A stretch of DNA of 64,000 nucleotides from an uncultured Phycisphaerales bacterium. Its GTDB lineage: Bacteria > Planctomycetota > Phycisphaerae > Tepidisphaerales > Tepidisphaeraceae. The stretch covers positions 1 through 64,000 of the forward strand of contig CAWJPJ010000001.1 in assembly GCA_963844715.1 (NCBI GenBank). The letters are read 5' to 3'. The stretch's first letter is position 1. Each line of letters opens with the position of its first letter. The position numbers and the translations under genes are program-made. Positions 11,204 to 21,202 of this stretch are shown here, one piece after another. The notes beneath the pieces were generated by a model. It searched no databases. It was given only the letters and a program-made list of their open reading frames with translations, and was not told the origin of the DNA.

Positions 11204-12324
11204 GATTGCACCGGAGCCTTTCTTGCGATTTTGATGCGGTGATATTTGAACCAAGCCTGGCAGGTGCCTTCGGAACTGACCATGCATGGACCCAAGGCGC
11301 GAACAGGTGTGCAGGCGGTTGCGAATAATTTGCAATCAGCTGGGGTGGCGCGGCCGGTGATGACATCGCCACAGCGGCAGCCCGCGGGTTCCTTTCCCGC
11401 GGGCACTGCGAGACGGAAACGAGTGCGGGCGTCGTATCTCGCGTAGGCAAGGCGAAATGCCAGGCCGCTTTCTTTAAGCGTGCCCAATCCGCGCCATCGC
11501 CAGTCGGCGGGCATGAAAACTTCTTTAATGACGGCCTGCGCGGAGCGATTGCCTTCTTCGGTGACGGCTTGGGAGTAGAGGTTTTCCAAGCCCGGCCTAC
11601 CTTCGACAACCAACTCAGTGAGTCGGGCCAAGGCGGCGGCGATCTGCGGGCCTTCGAAACCGGCGATGACGCAGGGGAGGTGATATTGCTGGACGATCGG
11701 CTCGAAGACAGCGGCGCCGATGATGACGGCAACGTGGCCGGGGCAGAGGAACCCGTCGACCTGCACGTCGCCGCTCTCCAGCAGTGCCCGCATGGCGGGA
11801 ATGATCAGTTTGTGGCTGGCCAGGGCGGAGAAATTGCGGAGACCAAGCCGGTTCGCTTCGATCACCGCGGCCGCCGATGCGGGGGTCGTGGTTTCAAATC
11901 CGACGGCGGCGAGGACGACTTCCCGGTCCGGATTTTCGGCGGCGAGCCGAACGGCGTCCAAGGAAGAATAGACGACGCGAACGTCCGCCCCTTCGGCTCT
12001 GCATTGTTCGAGGCTTCCTTCCGAGCCGATTACCCGAAGCATGTCGCCGTAGGTGCAGAGCATGATGCCGGGCCGTTTGGCTAGTTCGATGAGTTGATCG
12101 ATGTCTCCTTGCGAGGTCACGCAGACGGGGCAGCCTGGGCCGCTCAATAGAGTGACGTTATGCGGCATCAGGCTGTGCAGGCCGCTGCGGAAAGCGCTCA
12201 TGGTATGGGTGCCGCAAACTTCCATGAATTTCACGGGACGGGTGAGCTGCCGGGCAGCCGCGTTGAGCCGGCGGAGGGATTCTTCGGTCTGGACTTTTGC
12301 GTCGAAGACGGCTGCAGAATTCAT
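11200..12324 (-). CDS. hypD: Hydrogenase maturation protein HypD
   Basis: MEVCGTHT, GPGCPVC, GFETT, PGHV, GPCMVSSEGTC motifs. Confidence 0.98.
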   Translation of the reverse strand: MNSAAVFDAKVQTEESLRRLNAAARQLTRPVKFMEVCGTHTMSAFRSGLHSLMPHNVTLLSGPGCPVCVTSQGDIDQLIELAKRPGIMLCTYGDMLRVIGSEGSLEQCRAEGADVRVVYSSLDAVRLAAENPDREVVLAAVGFETTTPASAAAVIEANRLGLRNFSALASHKLIIPAMRALLESGDVQVDGFLCPGHVAVIIGAAVFEPIVQQYHLPCVIAGFEGPQIAAALARLTELVVEGRPGLENLYSQAVTEEGNRSAQAVIKEVFMPADWRWRGLGTLKESGLAFRLAYARYDARTRFRLAVPAGKEPAGCRCGDVITGRATPADCKLFATACTPVRALGPCMVSSEGTCQAWFKYHRIKIARKAPVQS

Positions 12325-12548
12325 GGCTGGCCTCCCACAATTCGCAGGTCTTTGACGACGGCCCAGGTGGCCTGGGCTTCCTGCTCATCTAATGTCTGGA
12401 TGGCAAAGCCGGCGTGGAGAAGAACCCAATCGCCTTTTTTGCAATTCGGCACGAGCACGGTGCTGATCTGGACGCGATTGCCGTGCAGATCGGCCGTCGC
12501 GTTTGTGCCGCGACAGGCCACGAGGCGAGCTGGAACCGCTAAACACAT
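12321..12548 (-). CDS. hypC: Hydrogenase chaperone HypC
   Basis: MCLAVP start, GDWVLLHAGFAI. Confidence 0.97.
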   Translation of the reverse strand: MCLAVPARLVACRGTNATADLHGNRVQISTVLVPNCKKGDWVLLHAGFAIQTLDEQEAQATWAVVKDLRIVGGQP

Positions 12549-12552
12549 GGCT

Positions 12553-14929
12553 TTAGTCTCCGAAAAGTCCTTGTTTCACGCGGGCCGAGGCGACGGCGGC
12601 TTGGCCGAAGGCGATCCCTCCGTCGTTGGGAGGGATGGCGTGGTGGGTCAGAACCTTGCGCGCCAAGTTGCTCCAGTTGCCGGGTGAGCAAGTTGGTGAA
12701 GAGTTCGTTGCAGAAGACGCCGCCGCTGAGGGCGACGGTGCGGAGTTCGGTTTTTTGCATGGCGCGGGCAATGGCGGCAGTCCAGGCGGCGGCCAGGGTT
12801 TGATGGAAGAGCATCGCCATGTCGCCCGCTGAATCGTCGACTCGGCCGTGTGCGATTTTTTTCACGAGCGGCGTTAGATCGATTTGGATTAAGCCGTCGG
12901 CATCTTTCAGACTGAATCCGTTCTTCAACATTCGAACGGAATGGCCGGATTGAGCGGCGGCGGCTTCCAGGGCCATGGGGGCCTCTGCATCGAAGCGATT
13001 TTCGGAGCAGAGGCCGAGCAGGGCGGCGAATCCATCAAAGAGACGGCCGGCCGAACTGCTTTGAATGCAGGAGAGGCCGGTGGTGAACATTTGTTGGACG
13101 AAATCGAGTTGGGTGGGGTCCGCCAGGCGTCGGCAGATTGGGAGTTGCGCGAAGTCGGGGCCGAAGGCCATGTGCAGAAGAGCGAGGGCGCTGCGCCAGG
13201 GTTGTTTGGCGGAGGCGTCGCCGCCGGGAAGAGTCATGGGACGAAGGCGTCCGATTCGGCGAAAATCAGTGAGGGAAGCGACGAGCAATTCGCCGCCCCA
13301 GATGGTTCCGTCGGTGCCGTAGCCGGTGCCGTCGCAAATGATCGCGAGGGCGGGTTGCGTGATGCCGTGTTCGGCGAGGACGGCGGCGGCGTGGGCGTGA
13401 TGGTGCTGCACGGCGATCAGCGGCTCGCCGCGCTGAGCGGCGAATTGCCGGGCGTATTGGGTGCTTAGATAGGCTGGGTGCAGGTCGTGGGCGATCCACT
13501 TGGGGTTGATGGAGAATAGGTCGCACAGATCGGTTATGGCATGCTTGAAGGCTTCGAATGTGCGCGGGCGGGTGAGATTGCCCAGGTGCTGGCTGAGCAC
13601 GACCTGTCCGTCGCGGCAGGTGGCGACGGTGGATTTCAGTTCGGCGCCGACGGCGAGGCCGGGCGCGGCGTCGCAATTTGGCGGTAGCGCGATCGGCTCG
13701 GGAACGTAGCCGCGGGCGCGGCGGACGAAAATCGGGGCTGTCGGGGCGTCAATAATGACTGAATCATCGATCGAGGCGCTGGATCGGGCGGTCGTGGAGG
13801 AGGATTGCGTCGCATAGGCCGGCGAGGCGCGTGAGGGCGTCGGCGGTGTCGAACGCAAGGGGTTCGTCGATGTCGTTGCCGCTGGTCATGACCAGGGTGT
13901 CGATGCCGGAGGATTGGAGCTGGTCGAATATCAGATGATGCAGGGGGGTGTAGGCCAGCATGATGCCGAGGCGGTGCTGATTCGGCGCGACGGCAACGGC
14001 GATCGAGGAATGATCGATGCGATCGGCGAGGAGGATCGGGGCGGCGGGGGAGGCGATCAGTTTTTCGCCGGTTGGGGTTAGCCGGATCAATTTGCGCGCG
14101 GCTTTCAATGAGGCGCACATCAGGGCGAAGGGTTTGGCGGGGCGATGTTTGAGATCGCGAAGGCGGGTGACGGCGGCGGGGTTATCGGCGCGAACGGCTA
14201 AGTGAAAGCCGCCGATGCCTTTGATGGCGACGATTTCTCCGCGGAGAAGCCGGCGGGCGGCGCCTTCGACGGGGTCTTCGGTGATTCGGGCTCCGTCGGG
14301 ATCCAGCAACTGTAGTTGCGGGCCGCACTCGCGACAGGCGGTTGGCTGGGCGTGGAATCGGCGATCGGTCGGGTCTTGGTATTCCTTTTGGCAACTGGGG
14401 CACATCTGGAAATCGGCCATTGTGGTGTTGCAACGGTCGTAGGGAATGGCCCGAATGATGCTGAATCGCGGGCCGCAATTGGTGCAGTTGGTCAGGGCGT
14501 ATCCGCGGCGGCGAGGGTTTTCGGGATCGCGGATTTCGGCCTGGCAATCGGGGCAGATGGCGAGGTCGGCGGCGACCTCGGCGGTGGGAGCCGCTGAGTC
14601 GGGCGTGCGGCGAATCTCGAAATGCTGGGCCTCGTCGTGGAGCGGGATTTCGCGCTGGATGATTTGGCGGATGACGGCGGCGGCGGGGGCTTCGGCGCGG
14701 AGGGCGGTGATAAATTCGTCGAGTTGGCGGCGGGTGCCCTGTCCCTCGGCGATCACGCCGCCGGCGTCATTCCAAACGGCGCCGTTGATTTGGAATCGAT
14801 GCGCGAGGCGGAAGACGAGGGGGCGGAAACCGACGCCTTGCACGCGGCCGGTGATCTGCCAGCGCAGCGCACGACCGTTTCGCTTGAGTTGGTTGACGGC
14901 GGCGAAGTTGTTTCCAGCAGGGCAATCAT
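12553..14929 (-). CDS. hypF: Carbamoyltransferase HypF (frameshifted)
   Basis: VQGVGFRP, zinc fingers CPDC/CTNCGPRF/CPSC, KGIGGFHL, HDLHP, QHHHAH, DGTGYG, PPNDGGI. Confidence 0.97.
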
Positions 14930-14966
14930 CGGTGGCGAATTCTAAGAATCATCGGCCAGCGCGGCA

Positions 14967-15032
14967 GCCGGAGAAAATCCGTCTTTGGGTGTAGGTGATT
15001 GCACCTAGGGGTAAATCATTTCTTGGCCCGAT
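14967..15032. promoter_or_regulatory. Bidirectional operator/promoter for hypF and PFOR (two overlapping copies of the island motif)
   Basis: Palindrome TAGGTG-ATTG-CACCTA at 14992-15007; -10-like TAGAAT (minus) and GAAATT (plus), each 22 nt past the motif end. Confidence 0.7.
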
Positions 15033-15087
15033 GGTTGAGTGGCGCGGAATCACCGAAATTAATTGTGTTGGCGAAAGGATTATTGAT

Positions 15088-18000
15088 ATGCCGTCTCCCA
15101 CACGTCAGACGATCGCACTGGAAGGGAACGAAGCGGTGGCGTCGGTGGCGCATCGCGTGAGTGAAGTCATCGCGATTTATCCGATCACGCCTTCGTCGGC
15201 GATGGGGGAGTTTGCGGATGAATGGTCTTCGCAGGGCCGGAAGAATATCTGGGGGATGGTGCCGCGGGTGGTGGAGATGCAGTCGGAAGGCGGGGCGGCG
15301 GGAGCGATACACGGGGCGCTGCAGGCGGGGGCGCTGGCGACGACGTTTACGGCATCGCAGGGGCTGCTGCTGATGGTGCCAAATCTTTACAAAATTGCCG
15401 GGGAATTGACGTCTTTTTGCATGCACGTGACGGCGCGGACGCTGGCGACGCATGCGCTTTCGATCTTTGGGGATCACTCGGATGTCATGGCGTGCCGGCA
15501 GACGGGGTTTGCGATGCTCTGCTCCAACGGCGTGCAGGAAGCGCACGATCTGGCGTGCATCGCGCACGCGGCGACGCTGGAGACTCGGGTTCCGTTCATG
15601 CACTTTTTCGACGGGTTCCGAACGTCTCATGAGATTCAGAAGTTCGAGATGCTGAGCGACGATGATCTGCGGGCGATGATCGATCCAGCGGCGGCAGCGG
15701 CGCATCGAGAGCGCGGGTTGACGCCGGACCGGCCGGTGCTGCGAGGGACGGCACAGAACCCGGATACGTTTTTCCAATCGCGCGAAGCGGGGAATCCGTT
15801 TTATCTGGCGTGCCCGGCGGCGGTGGAAAAAGTGATGCGGCGGTTCGCGGCGCTGACGGGACGAGAGTATCGGCTGTTTGAATATGTGGGCCATCCGCAC
15901 GCGGAGCGGGTGATGATCATTATGGGATCGGGTGCGGATAGCGCGCATGAGGCGGTGGATCGACTCGTGCGCGACGGGGAAAAGGTGGGGGTTCTCAAAG
16001 TGCGGCTGTATCGGCCGTTCTCTGTGGAGAGAATGCTGGAAGCGCTTCCGGTCAGCGTTCGAGCGATTGCGGTGATGGATCGGACGAAGGAGCCGGGAAG
16101 TATCGGGGAGCCGCTGTATCTGGATTGCCTGGCGGCGCTGCATGAGGGGAAGGCGGCGGGGATTTCGCGGTTTACGCAGGAACCGATTGTGATTGGGGGG
16201 CGATATGGGCTGGCTTCGCATGAATTCACGCCGGCGATGGTGAAGGGTGTCTTTGATGAATTGAAACAGGCCAGGCCGAAGCCGCATTTTACGGTGGGGA
16301 TTGTGGACGACGTGACGAAATTGTCGTTGGTTACGCCGGAGGATTTCGAAATTGAGCCGGAGGATGTGTTCCGGGCGGTATTTTTCGGGCTGGGATCGGA
16401 TGGGACGGTGGGAGCGAATAAGAATTCCATCAAGATCATCGGCGAGGAGACGGAGTTCAATACTCAGGGATATTTTGTTTACGATTCGAAAAAATCGGGG
16501 GCGATTACGATTAGTCACCTGCGGTTTGGGCCGCGGCCGATTCGCTCGGCGTATCTGATTCGCCAGGCGAATTTCGTGGCGTGCCACTCGTTCAATTTTC
16601 TGGAACGATACGATATTCTGGGATACGCCAAGGAGGGCGGGGTGCTTTTGCTTAATGCGCCTTGCGAGGCGGAGGCGGTGTGGGGGAAGTTGCCGGGCGA
16701 GGTGCAGGAGCAGATTGTTCAGAAGAAGCTGAAGGTGTTTGCGATCGACGCGTACAAGGCGGCGCGCGAGGCGGGGATGGGGCGACGGATCAACACGGTC
16801 ATGCAGACGTGTTTCTTTGCCATCAGCGGGGTGCTGCCGAGCGAGCAGGCGATTGCGCAGATTAAGAAGTCGATCGAAAAGACGTATGCGAAAAAGGGGG
16901 AAGAGGTTGTGCGAAAGAATTTTGCGGCGGTGGATGGGACGCTGACGCATTTGCATGAAGTTAAAGTTCCCAAAGAATTTGCCGCGGGCAGGGCATTGCC
17001 GCCGCTGATGCCGGTGGAGGCTCCGGATTTCGTCAAGAACGTGACGGCGATGATGCTGGCGAATCGGGGGGATTTGCTGCCGGTGAGCGCGATGCCGATC
17101 GATGGGACCTGGCCGGTGGGAACGGCGAAGTGGGAAAAGCGGAATATTGCCGCGGAGATTCCGGTTTGGGAGAAGGAACTTTGTATTCAATGCAATAAAT
17201 GTGCGTTCGTCTGCCCGCACGCGGCCATCCGCGCCAAGGTTTATCCGGCGGAGAATCTTGCCGGGCGCCGGCGGAATTTGCATCAACGGATTACAACGCG
17301 GTGGATTTGCGGGGGATGAAATATACGTTGCAGGTGGCGCCGGAAGATTGCACGGGGTGCGGAGTTTGCGTGGCGGTTTGTCCGGCGAAGGATAAGTCGA
17401 TGCCGAAGCGCAAGGCGATCAATCTTGCGCCGCAGGCGCCGCTGCGGGAGCGCGAGGCGGAGAATTTCAGATTCTTCCTGAATATTCCGGAAATCGATCG
17501 GAGCAAGGTGCGCGTGGATGTGAAAGGGTCACAGTTTTTCCAGCCGCTGTTTGAGTTTTCGGGGGCTTGCGCGGGATGCGGAGAGACGCCTTATATCAAG
17601 TTGCTGACACAATTGATGGGGGATCGGCTGCTGATCGCGAATGCGACGGGGTGTTCGTCGATTTATGGGGGCAATCTGCCGACGACGCCGTATTGCGCCA
17701 ACCACGAAGGGCGGGGGCCGGCGTGGAGCAATTCTCTGTTTGAGGACAACGCGGAATTCGGATTGGGGATGCGCTGGGGGTGGATCAACTGGCGGGGCAA
17801 GCCCGGCAGCTTCTGCGTCAACTCGAGCCGTCTCTGGATGAGGAATTCGTCGAGGAGCTTTTGAGTGCGGACCATTCCAGCGAGCAGGGGATCGCCACGC
17901 AGCGGGCGCTGGTGGTGGAACTGCGGCGGAAACTGGCGGCACTGGACGGAACGCCGGATGCCAAACGACTGGCGGCGCTGGCGGATTATCTGGTTTACAA

Positions 18001-18697
18001 GAGCGTTTGGATCGTCGGCGGGGACGGATGGGCTTACGACATCGGGTACGGGGGGCTGGATCATGTGCTGGCATCGGGGGCGGATGTGAAAGTTTTGGTG
18101 CTCGATACGGAAGTTTATTCCAACACGGGAGGTCAGCAATCCAAGTCGACGCCGATCGGCGCGGCGGCGAAGTTCGCGGCGGCGGGGAAATCCGCTCCCA
18201 AGAAAGATTTGGGATTGCTGGCGATGGCGTATGGGAATGTTTATGTGGCCCAGGTGGCTGCGGGGGCCAAGGACGTGCATACGGTCAAGGCGTTTCAGGA
18301 GGCTGCGTCGTATCCGGGGCCGAGCCTGATCATCGCTTACAGCCACTGCATTGCGCATGGGTACGATCTGGTGCTTGGGCCGGAACAACAGAAATTGGCG
18401 GTGGGGAGCGGGTATTGGCCGCTGTATCGATACGATCCGAGGCGGCGGGCCAATGGTCAGAGCCCGCTTCAGTTGGATTCCAACGCGCCGAACAATCTGT
18501 TGCCGCAGTTTATGGCCAATGAGACTCGGTTCCGGATGGTCGAGCAGAAGAATCCGGACCGCTACAAGGTTTTGATGGAGGGGGCGAAGCGGCAGGTGGC
18601 GGATCGATATTCGTTGTATCACCAGTTGGCGGAGCCTCCGGCGGGGCAGACTCCGGCGGCGGTGCCCCCGACTCCAACCGCAAAGGCGCATTTATGA
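15088..18697 (+). CDS. nifJ: Pyruvate:ferredoxin/flavodoxin oxidoreductase, homodimeric type (frameshifted)
   Basis: IYPITPSS, MQSEGGAAG, GLGSDGTVGANKN, CIQCNKCAFVCP, CTGCGVCVAVCP, GACAGCGETPY, GGDGWAYDIG. Confidence 0.98.
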
Positions 18698-19713
18698 ATC
18701 TCACTACCACCTATATTGGGCTGGAATTGGCCAATCCGCTGATCGTGGGGGCATCGCCGCTGGCGGATGATCTGGATATGGCGCGTCGACTCGAAGACGC
18801 GGGGGCGTCGGCCATTGTGATGCGGTCGTTGTTCGAGGAGCAGATCGAAGGGGAGCGGTATACGAGCGTGCAGCATATCGAGATGTACGCGGATGCGTTC
18901 GCGGAGGCGACGTCGTTTTTTCCGGGGACTTCGGATTTCGCGCTGACGCCGGAGGCGTACCTGGAGCATATCCGCCGATTGAAAAAGGCGGTGCGGATTC
19001 CGGTGATTGCGTCGTTGAATGGGACGAGCCCGACGGGATGGCTGCGCTATGCGCAATTGATCCAACAAGCGGGGGCCGATGCGCTGGAGTTGAATGTGTA
19101 TCACGTGGCGACGGATCTCAATCAGACGGGGACGGAGATCGAGCGAAATACGCTGGATGTGGTGCATCGGGTGCGCGAGGCGGTGACGTTGCCGCTGGCG
19201 GTGAAACTGTCGCCGTTTTTCACGTCGCTGCCGCATTTGGCCAGTCGGCTGAGCACCGGGGGCGTAGATGGGCTGGTGCTGTTTAATCGGTTCTATCAGC
19301 CGGATATCGATCTGGACATGCTGGATGTGGTTCCGCGGTTGCATTTGTCGGATTCGTCGGAGCTGCTGCTTCGGTTGCGGTGGCTGGCGATTTTGTCGGG
19401 GCGGTGCTCGGCGTCGCTGGCGGCCAGCGGGGGGGTGCACACGGCGATGGACGCCATCAAGGCGGTCATGACGGGGGCGCATGCGGTGCAGTTGGTTTCG
19501 GCGCTGCTGAAGCGCGGGCCGGGGCATTTGAAGAACGTTTTGACGGATTTCCGGCAATGGATGGTCGAGAACGAGTACGAATCGGTGCGACAGATGCGCG
19601 GCTCGCTGAGTTTGGCGCGGTGCCCTGATCCGGATGCGTTTGAGCGCGGAAATTACATGCGGGTGCTGAATAGCTGGCAAGAAGGCATCCGCCGCGTCCA
19701 CGATGCGAACTGA
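18694..19713 (+). CDS. Dihydroorotate dehydrogenase-like FMN protein
   Basis: 'NPLIVGASPL', 'PVIASLNG', 'ADALELN', 'VKLSPFF', 'FNRFYQPD', 'SGGVHT'; ATGA-coupled to PFOR. Confidence 0.9.
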   Translation: MNLTTTYIGLELANPLIVGASPLADDLDMARRLEDAGASAIVMRSLFEEQIEGERYTSVQHIEMYADAFAEATSFFPGTSDFALTPEAYLEHIRRLKKAVRIPVIASLNGTSPTGWLRYAQLIQQAGADALELNVYHVATDLNQTGTEIERNTLDVVHRVREAVTLPLAVKLSPFFTSLPHLASRLSTGGVDGLVLFNRFYQPDIDLDMLDVVPRLHLSDSSELLLRLRWLAILSGRCSASLAASGGVHTAMDAIKAVMTGAHAVQLVSALLKRGPGHLKNVLTDFRQWMVENEYESVRQMRGSLSLARCPDPDAFERGNYMRVLNSWQEGIRRVHDAN

Positions 19714-19737
19714 GACTGACAACTTCGGGAGCGTACT

Positions 19738-20487
19738 ATGGCAACTTCGACGAAGAACGATCGGGCGGCGTGGCTGACGGGGCCGGGGGCGAAGTGTTCG
19801 GTGATTCCGGGGGCGCTGGCGAATCCGTGGAAATTGGTTTTGCTGGGACCGCCGGGAGTGGGGAAGGGGACGCAGGCGGAACTGCTGAGCCGGGAATTGG
19901 GGGCGTGCCATCTCTCGACGGGTGACGTTTTTCGCGCTTCGAGTTCCGGCCACTGCGCGCCCAGTCCGGCCATGACGGAGGCGATCAGGTATATGGTTCA
20001 GGGGCAACTGGTTCCCGATTCCATCGTCTGGCAACTGGTGCGCGAGCGGGTTGGGTGTTTGCATTGCGGCGGCGGATTTATTCTGGACGGGTTTCCACGC
20101 ACGTTGGCGCAGGCGACGGCGTTGCAGCAGCTTTTTCAGGATGAATCGATTGCGCTAGACGGGGTGATCTATTACGAGATGCCGCTGGATGAAATTGTGG
20201 CGCGACTGAGCGGGAGGCGGACGTGCGGACGATGCGAGGCGGTTTATCACGTTACCGGTCGGCCGCCGGGGAAACCGGGGATTTGCGATAACTGCGGCGG
20301 GAATTTGATTCAGCGTGAGGACGACAAGCCGGAGGCGGTGAAAGTCCGCATGCAGGCGTATCAAAAGGGGACGGCGCCGGTGGCGCAATTTTATCGGGAA
20401 ATGGGATTGCTGGTTCCGATTGACGCGCGAGGCTCGGCCAATGAGGTTCTGGCTCGGACCGTCTTGGCGTTGAAGGCCCGCCGATAG
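19738..20487 (+). CDS. adk: Adenylate kinase with N-terminal extension and zinc LID
   Basis: GPPGVGKGTQA, LSTGDVFR, LDGFPRT, CGRC...CDNC, QREDD. Confidence 0.93.
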   Translation: MATSTKNDRAAWLTGPGAKCSVIPGALANPWKLVLLGPPGVGKGTQAELLSRELGACHLSTGDVFRASSSGHCAPSPAMTEAIRYMVQGQLVPDSIVWQLVRERVGCLHCGGGFILDGFPRTLAQATALQQLFQDESIALDGVIYYEMPLDEIVARLSGRRTCGRCEAVYHVTGRPPGKPGICDNCGGNLIQREDDKPEAVKVRMQAYQKGTAPVAQFYREMGLLVPIDARGSANEVLARTVLALKARR

Positions 20488-20493
20488 CCGGGG

Positions 20494-20564
20494 CATCGGT
20501 GAATCCACCTACGTCAAAAGCGGCAGCAGCCCCGATTCTGTAAGCGGGGCAACTGTTCGATATT
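20494..20564 (+). promoter_or_regulatory. Island operator motif plus -10 (GATATT)
   Basis: CATCGGTGAATCCACCTACG...CCCCGAT, then 22 nt, then GATATT. Confidence 0.7.
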
Positions 20565-20635
20565 ACGCGTGTTGCGATTGCTGGCCGACTCGATGCCGTT
20601 GGGTTGGTCCGCGTTTTTGAACAGGAGGCAGCCCA

Positions 20636-21147
20636 ATGACTCAATCCATCTCGACGATCGATCTTCCGCGGCCCGCGTCGAAGCTTACGCCGGCACGGGC
20701 ATTGCGCCTGGCTTGGTTTTGCTGGCTGGGGCTGCTGGCGATTCCGTTTTTATTGATCTTTTGGTTGATTTGGCATTTGGCGCCGGGGCGGATCACGGAG
20801 CCGCAGACGGGGTGGGAGAAATGGTTCATTGGAGCGATGGGTTATCTTGCGCGCTGGCTGTGCCCGCGTCGCTGTTCTGGCGCGGGCACGTCTTTAAACC
20901 TTATTGGGCGGGCCAGGCCGTGGCGCCGGGGGATTATCTCCGGGGCATGGCGACGGTCTGGACAGCTTTGGCGGTTGGAGGAATTGTCAGCTTGTCGGGA
21001 TGCGTGGCGACGGAATCGCTGGCTCCAAATGTGATTCCATCGATGCTGTCGTTGATTCTGTTTTTAACGATGTGGCCCGGAGGCCGGGCGATGGTCCGGA
21101 GGGTTGGGAATGCGGAGGATCCCGGCCTCTATGTGGAGCCAAATTGA
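20636..21147 (+). CDS. Hypothetical multi-pass membrane protein (frameshifted)
   Basis: GGAGG RBS and about four hydrophobic segments across two frames. Confidence 0.65.
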
Positions 21148-21202
21148 ATCGGCGGCGGACGGAACGCTTCGCGTGCGGACTCATCCCCGTACCCGTGGGC
21201 GA

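Noticed and set aside
1..14929. Functional link between the P450/ABC/GH3 genes and hydrogenase maturation
   Set aside because: They are separated by the probable chimeric junction at about 10,864.
15016..20064. Long antisense ORFs (756, 342 and 481 aa) opposite PFOR, DHOD-like and adk
   Set aside because: Shadow frames of GC-rich genes with Arg/His/Pro-rich composition and no motifs.
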